Source: Psammoneis japonica (taxonomy: Eukaryota). From it: a stretch of DNA of 64,000 nt. Position numbers and translations under genes: made by a program. Below the pieces are notes generated by a model, which worked only from the letters and a program-made list of their open reading frames with translations, was not told the origin of the DNA and did no database searches. This document shows, in pieces, positions 23,180-36,169 of this stretch. The stretch covers positions 1-64,000 of the forward strand of contig QPGO01000295.1 in assembly GCA_008632985.1 (NCBI GenBank), in the 5' to 3' direction. The stretch's first letter is position 1; each line of letters starts with the position of its first letter.

Positions 23180-23354
23180 ATCTGGATGGAGGGCCATGTT
23201 GCAATTGGCGATTGGTTGAGATGCATGGTTCGAGTGGTGCTGCAGCGACACGCTCACAATCTAATCAGGTTTAGGTTCGCATTGACAGTGTCACCACTTT
23301 CTGTTTAGACTCAAGGCATCATGCTTGTTCTTTCGTTGCATCGAGATTCATTTG
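23173..23354 (+). repeat. 3' LTR of copia copy 1
   Basis: Matches 16556-16737 over 182 bp; differences are mostly TA or CpG transitions. Confidence 0.88.
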
Positions 23355-24239
23355 CATGCATCTGTCTGTGTGCATGTCCAAGTGCATTTCTCAGTTTGCA
23401 ACAAGTCTTTTCATGGCTTGATGCATGCACAGTTTCTGCTCATTTTGTGCACTGTGTTCTGCTCAATTCTGCAAGATCTCTGAGAGAGCAGCTCTGCCAG
23501 AAAAGTTTTCTGTCTCACCTCACAATTTGAGCATCTGGCTGCAGATGGAATGTGCGGGTGTCAGACACCAGTTTCCTGGCATTTCTCTTGTAAAATGATC
23601 ATGTGGCAATTTTGTGCAATTTCAAAAAAAGATGAGGTTGAATCGAAAATGCAACAGATGCTTGCAAAAGTGCAACACAACATGAGAAGCAACAATGGCA
23701 TCCATGTGGGGATGAAAACAGCATCCACACCAATTTGAGGCATGCACACACAACAATGTTGGCACACAACAAATTCAACTGATGTGCCATTTGGCTCACT
23801 CGTGTCTTTCCAAGTGCTCCAATCGACCATTCTAGATGACGTCATTGTCATCAACATTCCTTGTAGGTGCTGTGAGCAGTTCATGCAGAAAATTGCAAAA
23901 ATTGCTGGTGACAGTTTTCCACTCATGGGCACACACACACACAACACCTTTCTGCATGTGCCCATTGCATGGAGAATGATGGTGTGCCCCATGGAGAATG
24001 ACGGTGTGCCCCATGGCCAGCGTTGCAGAGGTGACACATTCTGGCTGCTCTGGGTGGAACCATGCTCCACTGAACTGCAACATTGACAGTTTTTTGGATT
24101 GCACCACAACAATGGAAATCATCGTGGCTCTCAGAGTCAGTGCACAGAAACTGTGCAGAAGAGCACCAGCACCGTCAGCAAATTTTTGTCACTTTGTTCA
24201 TTTGCATGTGTCCAACAGACAAATGATGTCATGTGGGAT

Positions 24240-24645
24240 TTAGCATCTGAGTGTTTTGTTCTCAAGTGTCAACTTTATGCTCCTTGCCAAAGTTGCCAAT
24301 TGAATCATGAAATGTCAATGCAGAAAGTGGTCGCGGAATGCGCTGAGCAGAAGGAAGTCAGCACAAGTCAACAAAAGTCAACACAAGCAAACCAAAGTTG
24401 GCAGAAGTCAACACAAGTCAACAAAAAGTGCAGAAATGTCCAAAGACAAACTGACAGTCTCCCGCACCTTGCTTGCCTGCAGCCCCCCGTGATGAAGAAT
24501 GTCATGAACACACACAGCTTTGCATGGGCACCACGCACACATGACCAGAGGACAGTCAACACAAGTCAACAAAAGTCAACACAAGTCAACAAAAGTCAAC
24601 ACAAGTCAACACAAGTCATGACAAGTCATGACAAGTCAACCTGCT
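24240..24645 (+). repeat. Element with internal 10-bp minisatellite arrays (caagtcaaca-type), TA-depleted
   Basis: Arrays at ~24355-24425 and ~24553-24640; spacer aaatgtccaaagacaaactgaca matches the reverse complement of ~54785-54807. Confidence 0.75.
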
Positions 24646-25689
24646 TGAGCAAAAGCATTTGAGTTTGCTCACAACTTAACCCTTCAACCACCAGGGGTTG
24701 CTCCACTTGGGGATGTGTGACGTGTCTCGCACTTTTGTGAGACAATGCAATGAACACAGTGTCAAAATGTCATGTCGTGCAAAATCTGTGCAAAGAAAAA
24801 TCTCCACCGGCGGAGATTTGCTCCCAGGGTGTGGTGTCATTGCTCTGTTTGTGACAGCAATTCATAACAACCTCCATTGTCAAAGGTTGAGATTTAATTT
24901 CTCTCTGTTCACAGATGAAGCTTGCAAAAAACCCGGTGTTAAAAGGCGACATTGAACTTTCTAAATTGCAAAAAGGGCACCTCCAGATTTTCGGTGAGTG
25001 CGCACTCCAGAACAAAATCGTGCAAACAAAATGTTGTGTGTGTCTGAAATTGCTTCATTTGCCACATTTGTGATGCAAGCAAGCAAATCTCCACCCATGG
25101 AGATTTGCTCAAGTCCAGTGGTTGAAGGGCCAATTCATTCAACATCATTTGTCATGAACAAAATTTGCAAAAGATGTTTGGCAAGCAAACAAGACCAAAT
25201 TCAATGGTCATCCGTTTTAAATGGAAACCGCAAATTCATGTGTTGAGGTGTGAAATTCACATGTTCAAGACTGTGTCATTAAAATTTGCGGATGGTGCAG
25301 AAACAACTGTTGTCAGTCTGTCTGCCCATCCATGCACGAATGTCAACTCCTCAGGAAATCAGCTGAAATGTCATCTGATCAAAGGCGTTGCTCTTCACCA
25401 CATGCAAATCAAAACACCTTTGCTCAGATGACATTTCAGCTGAGCTCCCAAAAAGTCAGCAGCTCCAATCACCCTCTTGCATGACATTGCACACATTTCC
25501 ATGCAATTTGGTGTTTTTCCTCATGCAAAATGTCAGTTGTGACTTTCGCAACATTTTCAAATGATCCCCATTGTCATGCATGTGCAATTCCACATGTTTT
25601 CTTCTGCAAAGTTGCTTCACACACCTTGTGTTGCAAAGCCAAAGGCTCTCCATTTTCAACATTCATGAGAATGAAAATGGGCTGGGTGT

Positions 25690-26246
25690 GACGTGTTCCA
25701 GTCCCAGGTGACGCACAAAACGACAATCGGATTTTGAATATAATTTATGTATATTTTAGTGTATATAGCATTTTAATAAAAATACTTAGACGGATTGACT
25801 TTTATAGGCTCCTAGAGTATGAACATTTAAATAGTATTTTGAGGGGTATTCAAATCCTCATGGGATATGTATCATAAACTTCCTCAGTAGGCTCAATACT
25901 GATTGTACGTCAGTGGATTTATACTGAGATTTTTTTGTAGGTAGAAAACCTACCAAGTAGCATCGTAGAAAGATATATTTAGGTAACATCCAAATAACGG
26001 CAATATTTTCGCCGAAAATCATCCGTTGTGTTACGAATCTTTTAACGCAATGAAAAACATAGATGGCACAATTACAATGATGTTGCAACACTCACACGAG
26101 TCTTGTTAGTGTTGCAAAACATTTATATTTGCATAAATCTATACTTTTGGTGGTGAAAGTTCGATCGTAAGTTAGGGACCGCGCAAAAATCGCGCAAATG
26201 TCGTTTTTGTGCACGACATTTGGTTCACGTGCGGCTGGAACACGTC
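25690..26246. mobile_element. Young TA-rich MITE (GACGTGTTCCAG TIR, 4-bp TSD gtgt) nested in an older related MITE
   Basis: gtgt|gacgtgttccag ... ctggaacacgtc|gtgt; TA-depleted homologue at 46657-47186. Confidence 0.9.
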
Positions 26247-26479
26247 GTGTGTCATTTGGCATCTGTGGAATGTGCCCAGGGGCAGACTGTTCATGGCGCA
26301 CTTCAAGTGCACAAAGGAGGAGATGCATTCACACAACTGCATTTTTTTCTGCTGGCAGTCACCAGTGCATTCATTGCTTGATGATTTTGCTGCAGAGCTT
26401 GTGCACAAAATTCTGCAAGCCCAATGTCGCAAAGAGCCCCAGCCAGCGAGCTCAAAATGGAGGATGATCTCCCTGAGCT

Positions 26480-27140
26480 CAGAGTTGCTGGACTCTCCGG
26501 ATCAGTTTCTGGAAGGAGTTGATGGGAAGCTGGTGTCCCAAGCAGGGGAGGGATCATGCCAAGGATTGCTGGCAGGGCCGGCCTGTGGCAGTGGGGGAGC
26601 TGTCATGGCGGTGGGTTCTTGGTGCAAAAAACACACGGGGTTCCATGCAGAAACTGCCAGCGCGCCCTTGAAAAGCAAGTTGTTGCCTTCAGCAGAAGGC
26701 TTCAAAACAACTGTGTCTTGTTGCATTGGAGATTTTTGTGCTGCTTTTCTCAGACCTGAGTTCTGGTTTTTCCTTCTTCAGAAAGTGTGCTCGCGCAAGA
26801 AGGTGGTGCGGCATCATTGTTGTGTCTTGTGCAGGCCTCGTTGGCTGGTTGATGCATGCACACTTGCACTCGAGGATGATGGCCACCTTGGTTTGACTGC
26901 AGTGTGTCAAAAAATTTGAGCTGGCAGTGTCAGACATGACTTCAGCTGGATCATCAGGAGCAACCAAAATCCCACCCCCTTCTTCACTCCAGCCACTCTT
27001 GGCAGCTCTGTCTTTGAGAGTGTTGAGGAGCTGAAAAAACTCTCCCACATGACTGTCTTGTTGTGGGTGGCTCTGCAAGCCTTCTTTCTAAAGTCAAGAG
27101 TGCCTGTGATGGCTTGGGCAGGTGTCAGAGAAAATGCCAT
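26480..27140 (-). mobile_element. Probable copia gag N-terminal remnant
   Basis: MAFSLTPAQAITGTLDF and FFQLLNTLKDRAAKSGW resemble the start of diatom copia gag; fragmented. Confidence 0.45.
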
Positions 27141-27902
27141 GATGGCTGCTTGTCTCTTTTGTTGCTTTGCTCAGCACAGAGGAGGCACATTGAAGTGCCT
27201 GGCTGCTGGCCATCAGAGCTGTGGACTGACAAGAGTTTGGTCAATGCAGTGAAGCAAATTCACAAATTGTGAGCATGTGGTGGAGCAACTCTCCATTTGC
27301 ACAGATCGTTGAACAGATCACTTTCAACACACTCAACAGAGGGATTCTGGACATTTCGCAATCCACTCGAATTGCAGTCGATTGGATCAATCGGCAGGGG
27401 CCATTGGTCTTTCCCTGACAAACTCGATTTTGAGTGAGTGCGGTCATTTATTTAATTAACAAATGACTGTTTTTCAACATTTTTTATTGTCGAGATGTCA
27501 TGCAAAGACCTCTCGCGGGTTTTTTAGTCGTGCGGCAGCCTGCATCGATGACTGTGTCGACCAATGAAGCAGCAAGAACCAATGGGACTCCGGTGGTTTG
27601 GCGATGAGAACTCGAAGAAATGGGTGGACAGGGGAGGACAACTGGGATGGAACACCGAGGGACACTCTGTTTTGGAAAAGGCGTCAAGAAATCGATAAGA
27701 AAAAACGCGACAAGCGCTTTCAACATATTGTCTTCGAGAGAATGAATCGGCGACAATGAAATTTTGTCAATAAATGTTTGCCAACATTTATTATGGTAAG
27801 GGGCAGATGCTTTCGCGAAATTGTGGGAAAAGGGTGCGAAATCCATCCACTGGTACCACAAAATAAGTAAGCGAAAAGAACACAAGCAACAAAAGTGAAA
27901 CA

Positions 27903-30822
27903 ATGAAACTCTTTAAGCAAAACCGGTTGTGCGGCTGGATCGTTGCGGCTTCAGTCCTCCTTCGAGCCTGTGAGATTGTTGAGGTTCTTGCTGGGACGGA
28001 GCCATGGAACGACGAGGTAAGCTCCTATAAACATCTCGTATCGACCGAATGTTCAATGAACCAAGAACACAAAGCTTTGTATTATGTAGCTGATCTTGTC
28101 CCCTTCTTTAACCTCGTAGGCAACGCCGCATGAAGCAAGCGATTCCAATTCACGTGGTCTTCAACCTGTACCGGTATCAGATGGGGTCCAAGGAGGTGGT
28201 TTCGGAGCATATGATAGCAACGAAACCGAGAAGAAGCCGCTTTCTACTGGAGACTTCCATCTACGAGCAAGTGCACGGCGTCTTCAACATCTATCAGATG
28301 GGGTCCACGGAGGCACGTTTGTAACAGATGATACCAACGATCCAGAGACGGTGAGTTTTCATCGACGAGATTTGCACAACATCCACGTTGAATTCTGCCT
28401 CATCAAATATCGGTTTTCGCTTTGACTCTGTCAGCATGCTGCTCCATACGAAGCCCCAGATGCCAAGGCGGAGCGGGGATCAGGACATCAGGACCCTTCC
28501 GTTGCAGCACGACGTCTTGGCCCGGGAATGTCCGTGGTGTCCAGGACGCGGTTGCCGCACCTGGCTGAATACCCACCCCGCGAAGTGCATATACACGTGC
28601 AAGGACATTTCGCGTATCTCGGCTGTTACTTTTCTAAAAAAGTGTTAATCTACGACATTTCGGATCCGGCTGCGCCAAGGTATGTTGCGTCAGTCGACAC
28701 GTGCTCTACTCTTCATGGGAACTTCATTGTGGACATTTGGGTTTCTGGCACTAATTTGTGGACGGCACACCGAAGGGGAGAAATTACCATGGTTGACATC
28801 TCTGATCCCGCAAATCCAGTGACGCCGCCAGAATGCTTCTCGGAAACATATTGCCGCAAGGGCTTGATATCGTCCCATCCGTCAAATCACGGTTCTTACT
28901 TGTTTTACTCCGGACGATCCTTATCGATGTACAGCATATGGCATGAGCCGCCATCTCTCAGGCTGGAATATCGTAGCCCCCCCGTAAAACCTTCGGGTGC
29001 CGATGAGGTGATTCTCTCTCGCTATAATGAATATCTATACTGGTTGACCCGCAAGGGGCCTGTTGATGCCACCGTCGACATATACAAGATAAATTATCCG
29101 ACATACACTTACGAAAAACCAAACATTACTCTGGTTGGAAAACTCAGTCCACCAAGCGGCACTACACCTCCGCACGAAATGATTCTTGGCTATCATGATA
29201 GAATTTATGGGATAGCATTGAATGCCACGGGTCGTGGCGAAGGATTTGTTATCTATGACGCTGCCCGTGGTGAAAAAGATACGAACCCAGAAATCCTTGG
29301 GCGTGTCTCCAACCACCCACTTGCATATCGGATGGCACTTGATGACGACGGCGAAGTGCTTTACGTTGGGGATCACGATGGGAGTGCAAAAATCAGTGCC
29401 TACGACGTTCGAGATCCCACCTCGCCACGGTTGATTGACTCATATGACCTACCACCGGCCACTTATGAACTTGGATATGGCGGCTCCTTGTACCAAATGG
29501 GCGGTTTGTGGTACCATAACGCACATGTCTATACAGTCAACGGAGATGATCTCGTCATTCTCGGCTCTTCACACTCTCCTCCAGATCCGTTCGCAAAGTA
29601 TTCGGGGTCCCTTCCTTACCCCGTGCTCTTTATACATGGTTGGGGAGCCGACAAAAGGTTCTGGAAGGGCCATGATGTTCGCGGGTTTGGTGTATATTTC
29701 AAACCTGATACAGGCAGCATACCCGATCATGTCGCAAGAGAGTTTGAGGCCTATCCGTATCTCAATTATGCAAACAGGGCAACAGCCGAAAGGCCGTCTA
29801 GCGAAAGAGATGGCTATAAATACAATGGCATGGAATTCTTTGAGTCGTCGGATCCAAGGATGGATGTTGTATCAATGGCGTTGGAGTTGTCTGACAAGAT
29901 CGTTGACGTGTTGGACAAGTATTACGGTGTGGGAAGGTGGCGAAGCATTCAGAATGCAAAAATAATCTGCGTTGCCCATAGCCAGGGTGGTCTTGCTCTT
30001 CGGTGGGCAATCCACAGTGCTATGGCCACGGACCTCGGAAATCCTCTTAACCACATTGACCACATCATCACCATCGGTACACCCCACCTGGGGACATCTA
30101 TGATATTAGAAACCAGCGGCATCAAGGGGTTGGATGACATGAAAGCCATCATTGCACAGAAAAAGAAGGTCGAAATGAAAGGTGATGCCACTTGGGGTAT
30201 CTTCAAAATGGAGGGTAAGGCCGACTACATCTTTGGCATATACAAGGTTAAGGTCAAGAGGTTTGGGATAACATGGAACACGATCGAATACGATGCGTCA
30301 AAATACAAAGAAAATGTTATGAAACTCCTCGAAATCGGTGGACCTGATCTCGCCATGGGATCCTCTCTAGTCAAAGAAATGCAAAGCCATTACCCAAGCA
30401 ACACATTCACAGGAAAGAAGATACCACTGAGTGCGTTGTACAGCCATGTTGGAGATTATTTTTTGGAGAGGATTTTTCTAGAATTCAAGCGAGCGATAAG
30501 GAAGGAGAACGTGGACAGTGCAAGTGATTGGGGAGCGGGCAACGAAGTGGGAGAAATAATTGACGAAATGTTTGGCGACATCATGCCTTATGTGAAGCAG
30601 TTTGACAAGGATTGGTCAGCACATTCTGACTTGGTTGTTGATGTGAATTCTCAGATTGGGAGTGGGTTGTTTGATTCTTCCCGTGACCCCTTCAGGGCAA
30701 TCAACATCGGGACGGCCCTCCATGCAGACCATCGAAGCCCACTCTCAAATGAACTGCTGCCCGGCCAGAACAGCCTTGCCCAAAAGGAGGTTGCCAATGC
30801 AATTCGTTATCCACCCCGTTGA
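27903..30822 (+). CDS. Secreted protein with LVIVD-repeat beta-propeller and alpha/beta-hydrolase (lipase/PGAP1-like) domain; exons 27903-28016, 28120-28350, 28435-30822 (~910 aa)
   Basis: Hydrophobic N-terminus; two phase-0 GT-AG introns join in frame; repeats IYDISDPAAP, VDISDPANP, YDVRDPTSP; hydrolase motifs PVLFIHGW, AHSQGG, TIGTPHLG; normal TA and Tyr content. Confidence 0.85.
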
Positions 30823-33547
30823 GAAAAAGGGAGAGTGTTCACCAGGCAGCACACAAACAACACAAAACCCAGGAAAAGCAAAAGAAATTCTCTGTGCCAC
30901 AAAAGAATCCAGGAAAATCTCAATGCATAAACACGCTTGCTTGCCCAAACGAAAATTCAGCCACTTTTGTGTTTAGTTGCAAAGATGCCCTTTTCATTTC
31001 ATGCATGCACTTGCTCAGGAAAGACAAGCTGTTGCAACACAAAGATGAGACACTTTCCGGCAAGAAAGCTGTGTTGCTCATTCATGTCCATTTTTCCATT
31101 TGTGCAGATTTGCCACATCTAACTGATCACATGCTTGGCACACAAGCAGTCATTCACAGAGCACATCAGGCTGCTCTGCTTGGCAAAAAACAGGTGCAGT
31201 GACAAGTGGCCTTGCCAATGCTCTGTCACTGGGACATTTCGCTCTTTTTTGTCCTTGTGCATCTCCTGCTGTGGGAGTCCTCTGTCACAAGCCATTGCTG
31301 GCAATTGCCAGCTGCAATCAGCAAGGTGCATGTGCTGTCACAGACCATTCACATTGTTGTCAACACTCACACTCAAGTTGGAAATTCCATTCCACTGATT
31401 TGTCGCAGCACCTCAAAATCATTTTGAGTCCACAACACATCTTTTTTGCCACTTGCATGACAAGCAGCTCAGCGAACTTGAGAGCAAGTGCACAAGTTTC
31501 AAAGTGTGCCTGACTGCCATGATTTTTTGTTTTTTCACAGCAGTGCACACACACAAAGGCTTGGGCAACATTTGTCACAAGCACCATCTCCTCATTTTGT
31601 CAAATTTTGCTCACTCTTTGCACCCAGCAGAGAGCTGAGTGTGATTTGGGCAGCAGCGCAGTGCAGCAGCAACATTTTCACAAGGGACAAACAAGCAAGA
31701 TGGAGCTGTGCAAATGCTTGCACAAAGTTGCCAATGGAGCTCTTCATGGGGCTGCCTTTGTGGGCTGCCTCTTGAGAGCTGTTCTTGCAGAGCTGATGCT
31801 CTCTGAGTGGCATCTTGGCAACCAACCAGTCTGGTCTCTGCTCTGAAAGGACAATTTGTGCTTTTCACTGTGAGAGCACTGGCTGGCTCAAAAAGTCCAA
31901 ATGCAGCTGATGTTTGAGCTTCGACTCTCTGTGCTCCTGTGAGAGCTTTTGGCATCAGCAACAGACTGCTCCATGTGGTTGAGGCAACACCAGCACATGC
32001 CAAAAATGAGCTTTTTTGGCAACACACAGGTTTCTACACAGATTGGGAATGAGATGGCAACACCTCCTGTGTGAAAACACTTTTTCGGTTTTTGGTGATT
32101 CCCAAACACCGGCTCTGGCGGATGACCAAAACAAACAACAAACACGCAATGGCGTGTTTGAATCCATTTCATGATGGCAGTTGTCAGCCAATCATGACAC
32201 AAGTCAATGCAGTCAACACTTTTGATTGAATGTCATCTGCAGCATGAAAGACAAGGTGAAATGTGGTGCCAGCACCGCAGATCAAGTTGTGTCAGAAAAG
32301 TGCTGTTCTTGTGTCATGTTGTCACAAATGCAAATCACAAGGCAACTGGAGTGATGGCTGAGGCAAAAGTGGGGCCCTAAAATGTGGCGGATTGAACAGT
32401 CACATTTTTTCCTCTCTTCCATGTGTCTCATGTGCAGAAGACTGTGGTCTGTTTTGTGGGGCCCATTTTGTGTGGGCACAAACACAAGCCCTGAGGCAAC
32501 ATGAACAACAGCTTCATTTTGTCTGAATTGCGTCTTTTCAAGACAAGTTGTCAGTCCATTTGGGAAGATGATGCCAAGTGCAAAAAAAAAGCTGTGCATC
32601 CCAGGATGCTGTCAAATGCTCTGTTTCCTTCAACCAAGTGACCTGCTGCACTGTTGGTCAGTGTCTCCTTGGCTTGCCCATGCAAAGAAACTGCGAGTTT
32701 TGAGGTCCCTGGATGAGACATTGCAGCTGCAAAAATGAAGGTCCTGATTTTTTGCCCCAAGTTTTTGAATTGGGTGCTTGTGTGGAAAAAAGTGTCAAAA
32801 GGTGCAGTTTCTTTCACTCAACAGGCAGCTGAGACAGTGGAGAAAGTGTCTGCATGCTTGAGCTGTCAAGTGTTTTTGTCTTGGAAGTGCCTTTCATGGC
32901 CCTTCCGAGATGACATTGAGCAAAGAGGCAACAAATGAGCAATCGCTGAAATGGAACATTTCCGTTGAGCAACACACTTGCAATCACGTGCATGCCGACC
33001 CATGTGGTTCGCTGACAAAACACAATGCTTTTGTGTGATAAAGGATTCCTGATTCCCATGATTTTCAATGAAAATGTGCGCAGAAACGATTTTCACAATT
33101 TTCGTCTTGCACCACCCCAAACAACGGTTTTTTGGCATTGGTGACAAGAGTGACTGCGATGGAGGTGTGGCTGGGTGTGATTCTCACCATGCTCAGATTG
33201 GGTGTGTCTCATGACCTGGGCATTTGTAATTCACACATGATCATTTCAAAAGGTCTGTGACAACACTCAATGCATTCAGGAGGACATCGCTCGAAGGTCA
33301 ATCAGTGTTGGTTTGAGCACGTGGGGCATCTTCAACCACTGAGAATGACGAATCGAAGAATGTCTGGTGAAGGTTCTTGTTGTTTCTGCAGCTGTGACTC
33401 ATCAATCACCACTCTGTTTAATTCCAGCGGCTGGCGCAGCAGGCAACCAGCTCAACCACACCTTTCTTGCACTTTCTTGTGATTCTTTCCAGTGGAAAAA
33501 ACTTGGGACAGTCAATTCTCTTGACTGAGAAGTCTTCCTCCTCTTTC

Positions 33548-35957
33548 TCACTTGCGCTCCTCTTTCTCTTTTTGGTGATTTCCTTTCACGATCTTGATGA
33601 GTCTTTCCTTGTCCGCGACAAGTTCCTCATTGACAAAAAGTTTCATCGTTCGCTCTTGGTGAGTGTCAGTGACACCCCACCAATCTCTTCCATGGGGGTG
33701 AGTGCTCCTGATTTGTTTGTCTGCAAGCATGTCTCTGGACAGACCGTTCAAAACCTTTGTCGCAAGTGTGGCCGAGAAGACTCCTCGCAATTTCTTGGGG
33801 TCACCATCGAGAAACTTCTTGCAAAACATCTCTGCCATCCTCCGCGTGTTCATGTGGGTCGAATCATTGTGGCAGTTGCTTGAGTCGCAGAGAATTGCAA
33901 GAATGGCTTGCGCTTCTGGGCATTGCCAGTGCTTGTCTCTTCTGGCAACTTCTTGCTGCTCAACACCATGGGCGGCGGCTCACATGCTCTTTGATCATGA
34001 CAATCTCCAATGTCTTTGCATCTTTTCCGCTGTCCGGTCTTGCGTGGTGTGTGACGCAAGCAGTTTGTCTCTGCTGGGAGAAGGCCAGATGGACCTTTGC
34101 CATGCAGCACATGGCCTCAAGTCTCTCCTTGACTGTTGTGTTGGATCACTTCGTCCGTGTTTTTCCTGCGTGCCATCCCAACTTGCGAGTCTCCCTGGGG
34201 CGCAAGGTGGATGACGCTTTCCCTTCCATTGGCGGCCAAGAGACTCTTTCCATTGAAAGTCGCATGCCCAAGTGCTTGAATCAAGTTCTCAATGCTGAAA
34301 CCAATGGCGAGGTGCATCACAAGGTGACTCAGAACTCGTGTGCTGGATCAATGTGACATTGCTCTCCGCATTTTTGAGTGGCCAAACACAAAAATTGGCA
34401 TCTTGCACCAAACATCGCATCAACCTTGGCGACAACCTCTGAGACTTGGCAGTTTGAAATGCATGAGAAGCCACATTCTTGACCTGGCAAGCGGTGAGAC
34501 ACCCCTCGCCCCACGCAGGTGACAGCCACAATTGGCTTGCCGAATTTCTTGCACAAGCGCTGCCTTCTCAAAAATGTTGCCTTTGACCCATGCCCTTCGT
34601 GCGGTGCAATCGAGCAAGAGGACCCCCGGTTCATTGTCACCCAATGCTTGGTCATGCATCATCTTCATCTTGTCGTTCGTGCAGGGGATGGTGGTGCCGA
34701 TTTTGGTGGTGGAAGGAAACCCAGCTCTACCTTGGAAGCCAATGTCATCGTCAAAAGTCTTTCATCTTGCACACTTTGATCGCACACAGGTTCCTCAGCT
34801 GTTTTGATGTTCTCTTCGCTCATGTGGTTGATGTTGTTTTCCAGGCAGATGGGCTTGCCATTCGAGTCTTTCAGTGGCTCCACATTCTCAAGACCTGAGC
34901 AATCCGAGTGCGTGCGCAGTTTGAACAAATCAAGACTTTGCTTCAACTCATGCTCGCAGAGCAGCACAATTGGTTTTGGCGCAGCGGTGGCCATGATTTT
35001 CAAACACGGTTTCAACTCCAACAGCCGTTTCATTGCCAACTCCATCTTTTGAGACCCTTCCTTTGTCCTGAAGAAAGCATCTGCCTGTCCATGATCGCGC
35101 AAACTTGAACTCTCTCTCATCACGTTGTCGCAGCTCTTGGCAGCGTTCCAAAACCTGAGCTCCCAAATTCATCTTGCTGGCCACATCGGGAAACACCATC
35201 GCGATTCCATTTGAAAACCTTGCCTTGATGTTTGGTTCCTTCGGCTCAAGCCAGAAGCTTGTGGTGCAATGCCAGGCTTTCCGACTTGTCCTTCGTGAGA
35301 ATCATTGCTGGAACTTTCATCATCAACCACGTGGCCATGACGACAGCTTTGCAATCAGATTTGCCGCTTTGGGTTGGCCCGTGAGTCATTCGGTCAGGGT
35401 GCCTTTCCTGCGCCAGGATCGCAGAAGCGGTGTCGGTCACTGCTTCATCAATGTCAAGTGTTTGGCACAACTTCAAATCTTCGCACAAGTTTTGCTGCAC
35501 AATTTGGAGATGTGCTCTGCCAATGCGTCCTTCTTGTCAGTGTCCTTTGCAATCTCATAAAAAATGTGTTCACCTTCTAGGTGCATGTTGAACATGGACT
35601 CTCCAGTGGTCTCTCCAGTGAGCTCGTGCTGAAGCTGCAGCATCTTTTCCGTTTTCTTCTTCTTGGTTTGTTTTCTTCAAACTCTTTGAGTGCGTCGGCA
35701 TCAAAGTCTTCTCGCTCGTGGCAGTTGGGGGCATCCCCGACTTTGTCTGGTGCAGCGTGAAACCACAGTGCAAAGCTGTGAAGAGCTCTTTGCGCATGGG
35801 CCTTGACCCCACGGAGTTTTTGATCTTTGAGCTGCACAAAGCTGCGCACGAGATCGTCAATCAAGCGGATGTTGCAAGAAGAAGCCAGTGTGGCTTGTGT
35901 TTCGAGGGGTGTGTCCAGCTCTTTGCACACATGAAGGAGATCCAGTGGCAGAGCCAT
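33548..35957 (-). pseudogene. SF2/Z1-like helicase pseudogene, copy 2
   Basis: MALPLDLLHVCKEL..., GPTQSGKS, ENLIQALGHATF; multiple frameshifts. Confidence 0.7.
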
Positions 35958-36169
35958 TTCGTTTCACTGGATCTACAATGTCTGCAACAGGTCCTTGAAA
36001 AACTGTCTCAATCTGCTTTGTGGCAGTGAAAATGGGAAAGAATGTTGATTCTCAGCGGGCTGCACTGGCGGAGCGACGACGACAAATTCTTCTTGAAGAG
36101 AATCTTTCACCAAAGGTGCTGTTCTTCATTCCTGTTTTCCTTGGACCGGGGCCCCATCATTCGATCACA

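Larger units (their letters stand above)
16556..23354 (+). mobile_element. Full-length Ty1/copia (CoDi-type) LTR retrotransposon, copy 1
   Basis: 182-bp LTRs, PBS-like sequence after the 5' LTR, gag and pol ORFs, purine-rich gcggggac before the 3' LTR, flanks cacg/catg. Confidence 0.95.

Noticed and set aside
24355..24640. CRISPR-like or telomeric array
   Set aside because: These are 10-bp tandem units without unique spacers and no cas genes are present, so it is a minisatellite. The same applies to 54595-54945.
30830..33120. Possible DNA-transposase remnant
   Set aside because: Too degenerate; no catalytic motif or TIR pair could be supported.
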